64,000 nucleotides of DNA, taken from Eubacterium sp. (GTDB lineage: Bacteria > Bacillota > Clostridia > Lachnospirales > Lachnospiraceae). The notes below the pieces were generated by a model. The model ran no database searches. It saw only the letters and a list, made by a program, of their open reading frames with translations, and had not been told where the DNA came from. The stretch is taken from the NCBI GenBank assembly GCA_017406925.1, contig JAFQXO010000009.1, positions 28,754-92,753 of the forward strand, in the 5' to 3' direction. This document shows, piece by piece, positions 37,595 to 47,302 of the stretch; position 1 is the stretch's first letter; every line of letters begins with the position of its first letter. The translations under genes and the position numbers were made by a program.

Positions 37595-37763
37595 TGTTAA
37601 TAATGTTAATAATGATAATAAGTGAGTCAAATAAAATTGCAAAATAAAAGAACCCCCACAAATAATGGGAGTTCTCAGGTTGCTTCTCTTCCAATATTAT
37701 GTTAACTAAAAGCGCGCATAAATGATAATAAAATTATCAACAAAAAAGTTTGGATGATAATAA
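37595..37763. promoter_or_regulatory. Cluster of seven DnaA-box-like 9-mers
   Basis: TGTTAATAA at 37595 and 37604; TGATAATAA at 37613, 37723 and 37755; TGTTAACTA at 37700; TTATCAACA at 37734. Confidence 0.5.
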
Positions 37764-39146
37764 CTAATTACCAAGGAGGTGTTCGCCTATTTTTACTACA
37801 TCTCCGGCGCCCATAGTTATCAACAAGTCATTTTTTTCTAAATTTTCTAACAAAAAGTTTTCTATTTCAGAAAAACTTGGGAAGTAGTAAACTTCAGTTC
37901 CTAGTTTTTCGATTTTATCTTTCAAATCCCTAGAAGAGATTCCGATAGTATTCTTCTCACGAGCCGCATAGATGTCAGCTAAGACTACCATGTCAGCATT
38001 TGAGAGTGCCCCGGCAAACTCATCTAAAAGTGCCTGCGTTCTCGTATATGTGTGAGGCTGGAAACAAACTACCATGCGATCGTGATTAACTTGCTTGGCA
38101 GTGTGAATGATAGCCTTTATCTCATCTGGATGATGTGCATAGTCATCCACGATAGTCACGTCACCTAACTTACCCTTAAACTGGAATCGTCTATCCGTTC
38201 CTTCGTAGAGCAGTAGTGCATCCGCAATGGTGTCAACGGACACGCCCATCTCGGCTGCTGCCGCAATGGCTGCAAGTGAGTTGAATACATTGTGTTCGCC
38301 GTTAACCTTCAACTTGATATCACGAACTTCATTGCCTCGCACAACCAACTTAAATGAAGGAAGTGCAAACTCGTCGTAAGTGATATCTACTGCGGCGTAG
38401 TCGCTCTTCGAAGGGTCAGAGCCCACGGTCACTACCTTGCACTTAAGGTCATCTGTGAAATAGTCTAGATTTTCAATGTCACTGTTTATAACTAAAATAC
38501 CATCTTCAGGTATTAGTTCTGCATATTTTCTGAAACTGTGGCGAATGTCGTCGAGGTCCTTGAAGAAATCGAGATGATCCGCAGCCACATTCAAAATAAT
38601 TCCGATAGTAGGTCTAAATGAAAGGAAGCTGTTCGTGTACTCACAGGCTTCTGTAATCATATGTCCAGAATGACCCACACGAATATTACCCTGAATTGCT
38701 GGCATAATACCACCGACCAGAATCGTAGGATCCATATCTGCTGTCATCATAACTTGCGAGAGCATAGAAGTAGTGGTTGTCTTTCCGTGTGTACCTGCCA
38801 CACCTATTGCCGTTGCATAGTTAGTCATAATCTGTCCGAGGAAATCTGCCCTAGTAATGGTAGGAATGTTTTTCTTGCCTGCGGCAATCAATTCAGGATT
38901 GTCCTCGTGGACAGCAGCTGTATAAATTAAAAGCTCCACGTCATCGGCCACATTCTCCTCGCGCTGACCATAAAAGACAGTCGCACCGAGAGACTCTAGG
39001 TGGTCAGCAATATCAGAGTGTTGCATATCAGAACCTGTGACTGTAAAACCACGGTCCATCATAATCTCAGCAAGTGCACTCATACTGATGCCACCGATAC
39101 CGGTAAAGTGAAGTTTTATAGGTTTATTGAAATTTACTTTATACAT
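37764..39146 (-). CDS. murC: UDP-N-acetylmuramate--L-alanine ligase
   Basis: HFTGIGGISMS, GTHGKTTT, EACE, DDYAHHP, FQPH, MGAGD; RBS tagga before ATG 39146. Confidence 0.97.
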   Translation of the reverse strand: MYKVNFNKPIKLHFTGIGGISMSALAEIMMDRGFTVTGSDMQHSDIADHLESLGATVFYGQREENVADDVELLIYTAAVHEDNPELIAAGKKNIPTITRADFLGQIMTNYATAIGVAGTHGKTTTTSMLSQVMMTADMDPTILVGGIMPAIQGNIRVGHSGHMITEACEYTNSFLSFRPTIGIILNVAADHLDFFKDLDDIRHSFRKYAELIPEDGILVINSDIENLDYFTDDLKCKVVTVGSDPSKSDYAAVDITYDEFALPSFKLVVRGNEVRDIKLKVNGEHNVFNSLAAIAAAAEMGVSVDTIADALLLYEGTDRRFQFKGKLGDVTIVDDYAHHPDEIKAIIHTAKQVNHDRMVVCFQPHTYTRTQALLDEFAGALSNADMVVLADIYAAREKNTIGISSRDLKDKIEKLGTEVYYFPSFSEIENFLLENLEKNDLLITMGAGDVVKIGEHLLGN

Positions 39147-39224
39147 GTTAGTTCCTATTAAATGCGTTATATTCTTTGCCCGTTTATTATATACCAAAAA
39201 AGGCGATTTTTAAAGCGTATTATG

Positions 39225-39254
39225 TTGCAAACCACTTTTAAAATTTGATATAAT
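39225..39254 (+). promoter_or_regulatory. sigma-A promoter of glgC
   Basis: TTGCAA-18-TATAAT with TG extension. Confidence 0.65.
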
Positions 39255-39299
39255 CTACTTAAATATATGCACGGGGGACATACTTTTTAGGAGTGACTT

Positions 39300-40574
39300 A
39301 TGGTAAAGAAAGAAATGATTGCCATGTTGCTTGCCGGAGGCCAAGGATCGAGACTTGGCGTACTGACAGAACGAGTGGCGAAACCAGCAGTTGCGTTTGG
39401 TGGAAAGTATAAAATTATTGACTTCCCACTCAGTAATTGCATCAATTCAAGTATCGATACAGTCGGTGTGCTAACGCAATACCGACCACTTCGTCTGAAT
39501 TCTCATATCGGTATCGGAATCCCTTGGGATTTGGATCGAAACATCGGTGGAGTAACCGTGCTACCACCATACGAGAAGACGGAACATACTGAATGGTACA
39601 CAGGTACTGCGAACGCAATCTTCCAAAATATCGAATATATCGATTCATTTAATCCAGACTATGTGCTCATTCTTTCGGGTGATCACATTTATAAGATGGA
39701 TTATGAGATTATGCTCGATTATCACAAGAGCAAAGGCTCAGATGTGACTATCGCTGCTATGCCAGTTCCTTGGGAAGAAGCAGGAAGATTTGGCGTGGTT
39801 GTAGCTGATGATGACCACAAGATAAAAGAGTTCCAGGAAAAGCCAGATGAACCAAAGAGTAATCTTGCTTCAATGGGAATTTATATATTTAGTTGGGGTG
39901 CTTTGAAAGAAGCACTCATCAAACTGAAAGACCAACCTAACTGTGACTTCGGAATGCACATCATTCCTTATTGTCATGAGCAGGGAAAGAATATTTACGC
40001 ATATGAGTATACAGGCTATTGGAAGGATGTCGGAACTATTAAGTCATATTGGGAAGCCAATATGGAACTTATAGACATCATTCCAGAGTTTAACCTCTAC
40101 GAGGAATTTTGGAAAATTTATACTAGAAATGACACCATTCCTCCTCAGTATTTTTCTGAAGGAACAGAGATTTCTCGTAGCATAGTGGGTGAGGGCTGCT
40201 TCATTGACGGAGTCGTTAAGAACTCAGTTATCAGTCCTAATGTGGATATCGAAGAGGGAGCCGAGGTGCATGACTCCATCATCATGTCCGGTTGTAAAAT
40301 CGGAAAAGGTACCCGCATTTTCAATTCGATCATTGCCGAGGATACTGTGGTAGGTTCGAACGTACTTATTGGGGACGGTAAGTATGCAGACAGTACCCTC
40401 GACAAAAAAATTTATAACTGCGAGATCACTGTAATAGGTGAGAATTCCGTTATTCCAGATGGAGTTAAAATTGGAAAGAACGTGGCGATATCAGGCGTGA
40501 CGGAAGAAGCAGACTACCCTAAGGGAACTATTCCTTCAGGAGGCTATATTATTAAGGCAGGTGAATTAGAATGA
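39300..40574 (+). CDS. glgC: Glucose-1-phosphate adenylyltransferase
   Basis: [40 protein letters not shown]. Confidence 0.96.
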   Translation: MVKKEMIAMLLAGGQGSRLGVLTERVAKPAVAFGGKYKIIDFPLSNCINSSIDTVGVLTQYRPLRLNSHIGIGIPWDLDRNIGGVTVLPPYEKTEHTEWYTGTANAIFQNIEYIDSFNPDYVLILSGDHIYKMDYEIMLDYHKSKGSDVTIAAMPVPWEEAGRFGVVVADDDHKIKEFQEKPDEPKSNLASMGIYIFSWGALKEALIKLKDQPNCDFGMHIIPYCHEQGKNIYAYEYTGYWKDVGTIKSYWEANMELIDIIPEFNLYEEFWKIYTRNDTIPPQYFSEGTEISRSIVGEGCFIDGVVKNSVISPNVDIEEGAEVHDSIIMSGCKIGKGTRIFNSIIAEDTVVGSNVLIGDGKYADSTLDKKIYNCEITVIGENSVIPDGVKIGKNVAISGVTEEADYPKGTIPSGGYIIKAGELE

Positions 40575-41689
40575 GAGCAGTCGGAATAATATTAGCAGGT
40601 GGTAGTAATACCAAGATGGACGTTCTTTCCCAAAAACGAGCAGTCGGCGCATTGCCTATAGCAGGCAGCTACAGAGCTATAGATTTTGTGCTGAGCAACA
40701 TGACGAATTCACATATTCAGAGAGTTGCTGTGCTCACGCAGTATAATGCATGGTCCTTAAATGAACACCTCAGTTCTTCCAAGTGGTGGGATTTTGGACG
40801 TAAGCAAGGAGGATTGTTTGTTTTCACACCTTCCATTACAGCTGATAATGGATTTTGGTATCGTGGAACAGCTGATGCCATAGGGCAAAACTTATCATTC
40901 CTTAAGCGATGTCATGAACCATATGTAATCATTGCCTCTGGCGATGGTATTTATAAGCTCGATTACAATGATGTTTTGGAGCAGCATGTGCAGAGTGGCG
41001 CAGACATGACGATTGTATGTAAAGAGATGGCTGAAGATGCAGATGTATCGTCTTACGGAGTAATCACAACTGATGAGACTGGCAGAGTGACAGACTTCGA
41101 AGAAAAGCCACTGCAAAGTGATAGCCGACTAGTTTCGACAGGCATCTATGTTATCAGACGACGTTTACTCATTCAGTTGATTGAGAAGTGTATTGAGCAG
41201 GATCAGTTCGACTTTGTTAGCGACATCATTATGCGAAGAAACCAGAAGAAAATTCAAGTTTACAAATTGGATTCGTATTGGCAGAATGTAGCGAGTATTG
41301 AAAAATACTATGAAGTTAATATGGATTTCTTGAAGAAAGATGTGAGAGACTTCTTCTTCAGACAGTACCCAGATATCTATTCAAAGGTCGAGGACCTACC
41401 ACCGGCGAAGTACAATCCTGGATCAGACATCAGCAACAGTTTGATTTCGAGCGGTTGCATAGTTAATGGCAAGATTGAGAATTCGGTAGTGTTTAAACAA
41501 GCATATATTGGGAACAACTGTGTTATTAAGAATTCCATCATTCTTAATGACGTCTATATAGGTGACAACTCTGTGATAGAGAATTGTATCGTGGAGAGTC
41601 ACAGCACCATTAATCCAGATGAGCATATAGGCGATCCAAAGGGAGAGGTTCAAATTGTAAATGAAAGGAATTTCAGATACAGTCTCTAA
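40571..41689 (+). CDS. glgD: Glucose-1-phosphate adenylyltransferase subunit GlgD
   Basis: GlgC paralog with degenerate motifs ([21 protein letters not shown]); ATGA overlap. Confidence 0.92.
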   Translation: MRAVGIILAGGSNTKMDVLSQKRAVGALPIAGSYRAIDFVLSNMTNSHIQRVAVLTQYNAWSLNEHLSSSKWWDFGRKQGGLFVFTPSITADNGFWYRGTADAIGQNLSFLKRCHEPYVIIASGDGIYKLDYNDVLEQHVQSGADMTIVCKEMAEDADVSSYGVITTDETGRVTDFEEKPLQSDSRLVSTGIYVIRRRLLIQLIEKCIEQDQFDFVSDIIMRRNQKKIQVYKLDSYWQNVASIEKYYEVNMDFLKKDVRDFFFRQYPDIYSKVEDLPPAKYNPGSDISNSLISSGCIVNGKIENSVVFKQAYIGNNCVIKNSIILNDVYIGDNSVIENCIVESHSTINPDEHIGDPKGEVQIVNERNFRYSL

Positions 41690-41710
41690 ATTATTTTAGA
41701 GGAGGACCTT

Positions 41711-42058
41711 ATGAATATTACAGACGTAAGAGTAAGAAAAATGACTAAAGAAGGCAAGATGAAAGCGGTAGCATCTATCACTATCGATGACGAGTTCGTG
41801 GTACATGATATCAAAGTAGTCGAAGGCGAGAAGGGATTGTTTATTGCAATGCCAAGCCGCAGAGCCGCAGATGGTGAGTATAGAGATATTGCTCATCCAA
41901 TCAATTCAGAAACTCGTGCTAATATCCAGTCGTTGGTACTCGATGCTTATGAAAAAGTATTGATGGAAGAGCCAGCAGTGGAAGCGCCAGCAGCAACTGA
42001 AGAGCCAGCTGCAGCTGAAGCCGAGACTGAAGAGACAACCACAGAGGAAGAGGCTTAA
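41711..42058 (+). CDS. spoVG: Septation regulator SpoVG with acidic tail
   Basis: [31 protein letters not shown]. Confidence 0.96.
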   Translation: MNITDVRVRKMTKEGKMKAVASITIDDEFVVHDIKVVEGEKGLFIAMPSRRAADGEYRDIAHPINSETRANIQSLVLDAYEKVLMEEPAVEAPAATEEPAAAEAETEETTTEEEA

Positions 42059-42080
42059 GTTTAAAGTCATTCTTCAAACA

Positions 42081-42125
42081 AAGAAACAGCGATACCCCCT
42101 ATATGGGGAATATCGCTGATTTCTT
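42081..42125 (+). terminator. Stem-loop after spoVG
   Basis: aagaaa-cagcgata-cccc/gggg-tatcgctg-tttctt. Confidence 0.65.
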
Positions 42126-42155
42126 GCGTTAATGAAAAGTAAAAAGGAGGGTTTT

Positions 42156-42713
42156 ATGTACGCTATTATCGGATTGGGAAACCCAGAAAAGAAATACGCA
42201 AAAACTAGACACAATATCGGATTCGTAGTAATCGATGAACTAGCAAGCAGGATGGATATTGATGTGAAGACAAGACGCCATCAGGCTATTTGTGGTGCTG
42301 GAAATTTTGCGGGTGAGAAGATAATACTCGTAAAACCTCAGACATATATGAATGCGAGCGGACAGTCAGTCAGAGCAGTTATGGATTTTTATAAGTTAGA
42401 TCCAGAGACAGAAATCATTGTCATATCAGATGATGTGGCATTGCCGATAGGCAAGGTGAGAGTGCGTGAGCATGGAAGTGCCGGTGGGCACAACGGATTA
42501 AAAGATATCATACGACACCTGGGAACCGATAAGTTTACTAGAGTGAGAGTCGGTGTCGGAGACAATGATGGAAAAGATATGATTAAGCATGTCTTGAAAA
42601 GAATGAGTAAGGCTGAGCGACAGGCGGTAGCCAAGGGCGTGGACGACGCGGCTTCAGCCATTGAGACTATCATTCAAAGTGATGTGGAAACAGCAATGAA
42701 CAAATATAATTAG
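42156..42713 (+). CDS. pth: Peptidyl-tRNA hydrolase
   Basis: GLGNP..TRHNIGF, KPQTYMN, GSAGGHNG; RBS aggagg before ATG 42156. Confidence 0.97.
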   Translation: MYAIIGLGNPEKKYAKTRHNIGFVVIDELASRMDIDVKTRRHQAICGAGNFAGEKIILVKPQTYMNASGQSVRAVMDFYKLDPETEIIVISDDVALPIGKVRVREHGSAGGHNGLKDIIRHLGTDKFTRVRVGVGDNDGKDMIKHVLKRMSKAERQAVAKGVDDAASAIETIIQSDVETAMNKYN

Positions 42714-42734
42714 AGTTTGTTGTTTATATAAATT

Positions 42735-45700
42735 ATGTTTGATTTCACTTATCAACAATTAAATGAGTTTGAAGTTGCAAAGCAAGCATTAGACAAAGGT
42801 AAATCTTGTCAGATTACTGGATGCTCTGATTCGCAGCTTGCACACTTCATAAGTGGACTGAGCGATGGCCCCCTTCAGCGAGTCATCGTCACTTATGGCG
42901 CCACAAAAGCAAAAGAACTATATGAGGACTTAAAAGGATTTGGCGAAAATGTAGTTCTCTATCCTTCGAAGGATTTCATATTCTTCAGTGCAGATGTGCA
43001 CGGAAATCTAATCTTAAAACAGAGACTTGAGTTTATCCAAAAGGTAGTTCAGGGGGAAGCATTCACTGTGGTCCTCACGGCCGATGCCTTTATGGATCAG
43101 ATACTTCCACTAAAGAGAATCAAAGAAAATTTTATACAGATTTCAAAGGGCGATGAGATAGAAATAGATGCCTTGAAGAAAAAACTTTCTCAGATGGGGT
43201 ACGAGAATGTCGACCAGGTCGATGCGCCAGGTCAGTTTGCTGTGAGGGGAAGTATTGTTGATATTTACACGCTTACAGATGATGTCCCATATCGTATTGA
43301 TTTTTGGGACAATGAAGTAGATGTGATTAAAAGTTTTGACGCCACTTCTCAGAGATCTATTGAGGTTGTAAAAAGTATAAAGATATTTGGTGCGAATGAG
43401 TATCCGATTACAGATGATGAAGTTGTGGCAGGTGTCAAAAAGATAAAAGAGGAATTAGATGCCACCTACAAAAAATTAAGAGACGAGATGAAGACAGAAG
43501 AAGCGTATAGATTAAAGACTTCTGTCGAAGAGTTTTTGACGCAGGTAGATATAAATAAAAACTTTGCGACGTATGATAGTTATGTGAATTATTTCTTTGA
43601 TGAGACAGTAAGTCTTATGGACTACTTTGACGATGCGCTATTTTTCATTGACGAGCCTAGGCGAGTCATCGAATATATGAGTGCTGTCTCGAAAGAGTTT
43701 ACGGAGAGTATGCATAATCGAATGGAGAAGGGTTACTTACTCGAAGGCCAGACGACGATTATGCAAGATCCTGATGAAATCATCGCGAGGATCAATAAGC
43801 AGACGAAGGCAGTGTTTACAACAATAGCACAGAAAGTGCCTGAGTTTGAGGTGAAAGAATTCGTCGAAGTCGATGCAAAGAATATTCCACCATACAATGG
43901 GAAATTCCAGATGCTCGTGGAGGATTTGCAGAAATATAAAAATGATAAATACGCAGTTGTGCTCGTGACTCAGTCGGCTACTAGAGGTCGCAGAATGGTT
44001 CACGACTTGATGGAGCATGATATAAATGTTTTCTTTGATGAGTCGAGTGCAAATAAGAGTGAAGAAGAGAGTCGAGTTCCTCATCCTGGCGAAGTTATGA
44101 TAATGAAGGGTCGCTTGAGAAAGGGATTCACATATCCACAGATAAAGTTTTTGGCTATTTCGGATACAGATATATTCGGAGAGAAGCGAAAGACTAGAAA
44201 GAGAAAGCAGACGTATGCAGGCAGCACGATATCTAGTTTTGCGGAACTCAACGCTGGCGATTATGTAGTACATGAAAACTACGGCGTCGGAATATATCGC
44301 GGAATTGAAAAAAAAGAAGTCGACAAAGTTACCAAGGACTATATCAAAATTGAATATCAGAAAAATGCATTTCTATATATTCTTGCTACGCAATTGGATC
44401 GCATTCAGAAGTATGCGAACAGCGGAGCAAAGATTCCGAAGATCAATAAACTTGGTGGCTCAGATTGGAAGCGCACGAAGGCTCGAGTAGAGAAGGCAGT
44501 CGACGAGATTGCAGATGAGCTTGTTGAACTTTATGCGGAGCGTGAACATGGAAATGGATTCCAGTTCAGCGCAGATGATGCGTGGCAAAAAGAGTTTGAA
44601 GAACTCTTTACACATGAGGAGACCGAAGATCAACTAGAGGCCATCCGTGAAGTTAAGCGAGATATGGAAAGTACGAAAATCATGGATCGCTTGATTTGTG
44701 GTGACGTGGGATTTGGAAAGACAGAAGTGGCTATTCGTGCAGCGTTTAAGGCGGTGAAGGATGGCAAACAAGTGGCGTATCTAGTTCCTACGACAGTTCT
44801 TGCGCAGCAACACTATAAGACATTTACTAATCGCTTCAAAAACTTCCCAGTGCGAGTTGAAATGTTATCGCGATTCAGGACTAAGGCGAATATTAACCAG
44901 ACAATAAAAGATTTAAAAAATGGAACAGTCGATATCGTGATTGGAACACACAGACTTCTCTCGAAAGATGTAGAGTTCAAAGATTTGGGACTTCTCATTA
45001 TCGACGAGGAACAGCGATTCGGCGTGAAGCATAAAGAAAAAATTAAAATGTTGAAACAGTCGGTGGATGTGATGACGCTCACTGCGACTCCAATTCCGAG
45101 AACACTCCATATGAGTCTCATCGGCGTCAGAGATATGTGCGTGATGGAGGAAGCACCTCAAGAGCGCATGCCGATTCAGACATTTGTTATGGAGTATAAC
45201 GAGGAGATTGCAAGGGATGCGATAAACCGCGAACTTGCGCGAGGCGGTCAAGTGTACTATGTATACAATCGTGTCCAGAACATTGCGGAGGTCGCCGTGA
45301 AGGTTCAAGAGAGCGTTCCGGATGCTAGAGTGGCCTACGCACACGGACAGATGGGCGAGCGTCAGTTAGAAGAAATCATGTATGACTTCGTCAATGGAGA
45401 TATAGATGTTTTGGTTACAACGACCATCATAGAGACAGGATTAGACATACGAAATGCAAATACAATGATCATCCACAATGCCGAGAAAATGGGGCTTTCA
45501 CAACTTTATCAACTCAGAGGAAGAGTGGGAAGGTCGAACAGAGTGGCATATGCATTTATGATGTATAACCGAAGTAAGATGTTGTCGGAAGTGGCAGAGA
45601 AGAGACTCACAGCTATCAGAGATTTTACTGACCTAGGCTCAGGTGTAAAAATTGCGATGCGCGATTTAGAAATCCGAGGAGCAGGAAATCTGCTTGGAGC

Positions 45701-46259
45701 ATCGCAGAGTGGACATATGGGAGAGGTTGGATACGACCTATACTGCAAGATGTTAGAAGAAGCCATTAATCGCAAGAAAGGTATCGTGAAAGAAAAAGAT
45801 TACGAGACGAAGATTGATGTGGATGTGGATGCATTCGTTCCTCCGACATATATTGGAAATGTTTCCATGAAGATGGATGTGTATAAGCGAATCGCAAATA
45901 TGAAAACTATCGAAGATTACGAGGATATGACGGACGAGCTTGTGGATCGTTTTGGAGAGATTCCACAGCAAGTTGAGAATTTGATGCAGCTAGTTCTCAT
46001 CAAAGCGAAGGCTCACGACAACTATGTAGTAGAAATTCGAGGAAATTCTGATCAAATTGAGTTGAAAATGTGGGCAGAAGCGAAAATAGATGTTGAAAGA
46101 ATACCTATTCTTGTGAGAGAATATAAGGGAAAACTTCGCTTCTTCCATCAGGACGGAAGTTTCATATATTATCCGGAAGATGGAATGGGAGTTATTGAAA
46201 ATTTAAAGAAGTTAATAGAGGACTTGTCCACATTAAGGGACAATGATGAAGTGATATAA
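42735..46259 (+). CDS. mfd: Transcription-repair coupling factor
   Basis: UvrB-like region, CarD-like GDYVVH, GDVGFGKT, DEEQRFG, TATPIPRT, QLRGRVGR, TRCF C-terminus. Confidence 0.98.
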   Translation: MFDFTYQQLNEFEVAKQALDKGKSCQITGCSDSQLAHFISGLSDGPLQRVIVTYGATKAKELYEDLKGFGENVVLYPSKDFIFFSADVHGNLILKQRLEFIQKVVQGEAFTVVLTADAFMDQILPLKRIKENFIQISKGDEIEIDALKKKLSQMGYENVDQVDAPGQFAVRGSIVDIYTLTDDVPYRIDFWDNEVDVIKSFDATSQRSIEVVKSIKIFGANEYPITDDEVVAGVKKIKEELDATYKKLRDEMKTEEAYRLKTSVEEFLTQVDINKNFATYDSYVNYFFDETVSLMDYFDDALFFIDEPRRVIEYMSAVSKEFTESMHNRMEKGYLLEGQTTIMQDPDEIIARINKQTKAVFTTIAQKVPEFEVKEFVEVDAKNIPPYNGKFQMLVEDLQKYKNDKYAVVLVTQSATRGRRMVHDLMEHDINVFFDESSANKSEEESRVPHPGEVMIMKGRLRKGFTYPQIKFLAISDTDIFGEKRKTRKRKQTYAGSTISSFAELNAGDYVVHENYGVGIYRGIEKKEVDKVTKDYIKIEYQKNAFLYILATQLDRIQKYANSGAKIPKINKLGGSDWKRTKARVEKAVDEIADELVELYAEREHGNGFQFSADDAWQKEFEELFTHEETEDQLEAIREVKRDMESTKIMDRLICGDVGFGKTEVAIRAAFKAVKDGKQVAYLVPTTVLAQQHYKTFTNRFKNFPVRVEMLSRFRTKANINQTIKDLKNGTVDIVIGTHRLLSKDVEFKDLGLLIIDEEQRFGVKHKEKIKMLKQSVDVMTLTATPIPRTLHMSLIGVRDMCVMEEAPQERMPIQTFVMEYNEEIARDAINRELARGGQVYYVYNRVQNIAEVAVKVQESVPDARVAYAHGQMGERQLEEIMYDFVNGDIDVLVTTTIIETGLDIRNANTMIIHNAEKMGLSQLYQLRGRVGRSNRVAYAFMMYNRSKMLSEVAEKRLTAIRDFTDLGSGVKIAMRDLEIRGAGNLLGASQSGHMGEVGYDLYCKMLEEAINRKKGIVKEKDYETKIDVDVDAFVPPTYIGNVSMKMDVYKRIANMKTIEDYEDMTDELVDRFGEIPQQVENLMQLVLIKAKAHDNYVVEIRGNSDQIELKMWAEAKIDVERIPILVREYKGKLRFFHQDGSFIYYPEDGMGVIENLKKLIEDLSTLRDNDEVI

Positions 46260-46277
46260 ATTCGAAGGAGATATAAA

Positions 46278-47141
46278 GTGAAAAGAGTTTTAACAATCTT
46301 ATTGGTAATGACAATGGCCATAACAATGACTGCGTGCGGCTGTGGAAAGGGTGGCAGCGAGCAGCCAACGACTATGGCTGACAGTGAGACAGTTGCGATT
46401 AACGCTGGTGATAGCAAAGTAATGCTAGACGAGGCGAAATACTATGCTTACACTTCGCAGGCTACATACGAAGCATACTATATTTCTAAGAATAGAGAGA
46501 TTGATTGGAATGCAAAGACTAAGTCAGGTGCCACTATGCAGGAAACCATCAAAGGTATCGTGCTCGGTGAGATCTGTCGTAGAGAATGCATGTATGCGAT
46601 GAAAGGTGACTACAATGTTACCCTGGATTCTGATGAGAGGCAGAATATACAAAAGGATGTAGACAATTACTTTGCTGACAGTTCAGAAAAACTGAAAGCA
46701 AAGGTTCAGATTAGCAAGAAACGTCTTTTGGAAGTGTTCCAAAAGGCAGCAATCGCCGAAAAAATCGAGGAAATCCTTGATACAGCTGAGATTAACGGAG
46801 CTGACAAGGCTTACAAAGAGTGGAAAGATGATAACACGGTAATGGCAGAAGATTGCTGGCGCAATATCAATTTCGATGAGCCAATATTCCTTATGACAGA
46901 TGTAGAGTGGAAGACTACTGCACAACCAACTACAGAAGAGGAGACAGAGGCTGAGGAAGAATACGACGAAGATTCGGAAGATGAGAATAACGACGAGGAT
47001 TATGAGGAAGAAACACCAGAAGATGTGGATGTAGACAACAACAATGATAACAACAATGATAACAACAATAATGACAACAAGAAATCCAAAAAGAAACACA
47101 ATTCAAGTGGCGGAGATGTCGTAGAAGATATTGATGTGTAA
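46278..47141 (+). CDS. Lipoprotein, PrsA/SurA N-domain-like, with acidic and Asn-rich tail
   Basis: GTG start, RBS aaggag, lipobox-like MTAC; position after mfd; helical core; no parvulin motif seen. Confidence 0.6.
   Translation: MKRVLTILLVMTMAITMTACGCGKGGSEQPTTMADSETVAINAGDSKVMLDEAKYYAYTSQATYEAYYISKNREIDWNAKTKSGATMQETIKGIVLGEICRRECMYAMKGDYNVTLDSDERQNIQKDVDNYFADSSEKLKAKVQISKKRLLEVFQKAAIAEKIEEILDTAEINGADKAYKEWKDDNTVMAEDCWRNINFDEPIFLMTDVEWKTTAQPTTEEETEAEEEYDEDSEDENNDEDYEEETPEDVDVDNNNDNNNDNNNNDNKKSKKKHNSSGGDVVEDIDV
47033..47080 (+). repeat. Coding simple repeat (AACAACAATGAT units, NNND)
   Basis: Two perfect and one degenerate 12-bp copies. Confidence 0.7.
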
Positions 47142-47224
47142 ATCGTGTAAAAAGTCCATAAAATAGGGCTAAACTAAGATAATTATTGGCCTCGTTTTCA
47201 TAGAAAAAAGGGGGCAATTATGGT

Positions 47225-47281
47225 AAAATAATCTAAGAGTGTGTCTAGATTTAAAAAGTCACATTTTTAGATTATTTTTTT
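47225..47281 (+). terminator. 19-bp stem terminator overlapping the candidate -10 of the polysaccharide operon
   Basis: aaaataatctaagagtgtg/cacatttttagattatttt (two G-U pairs) plus T run; TGgTAAAAT at 47221-47229. Confidence 0.6.
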
Positions 47282-47302
47282 ATAAAAAAGAGGGAATTTT
47301 AT

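Noticed and set aside
37463-37763. This spacer as oriC
   Set aside because: No dnaA or dnaN nearby and the dominant gene orientation stays + on both sides
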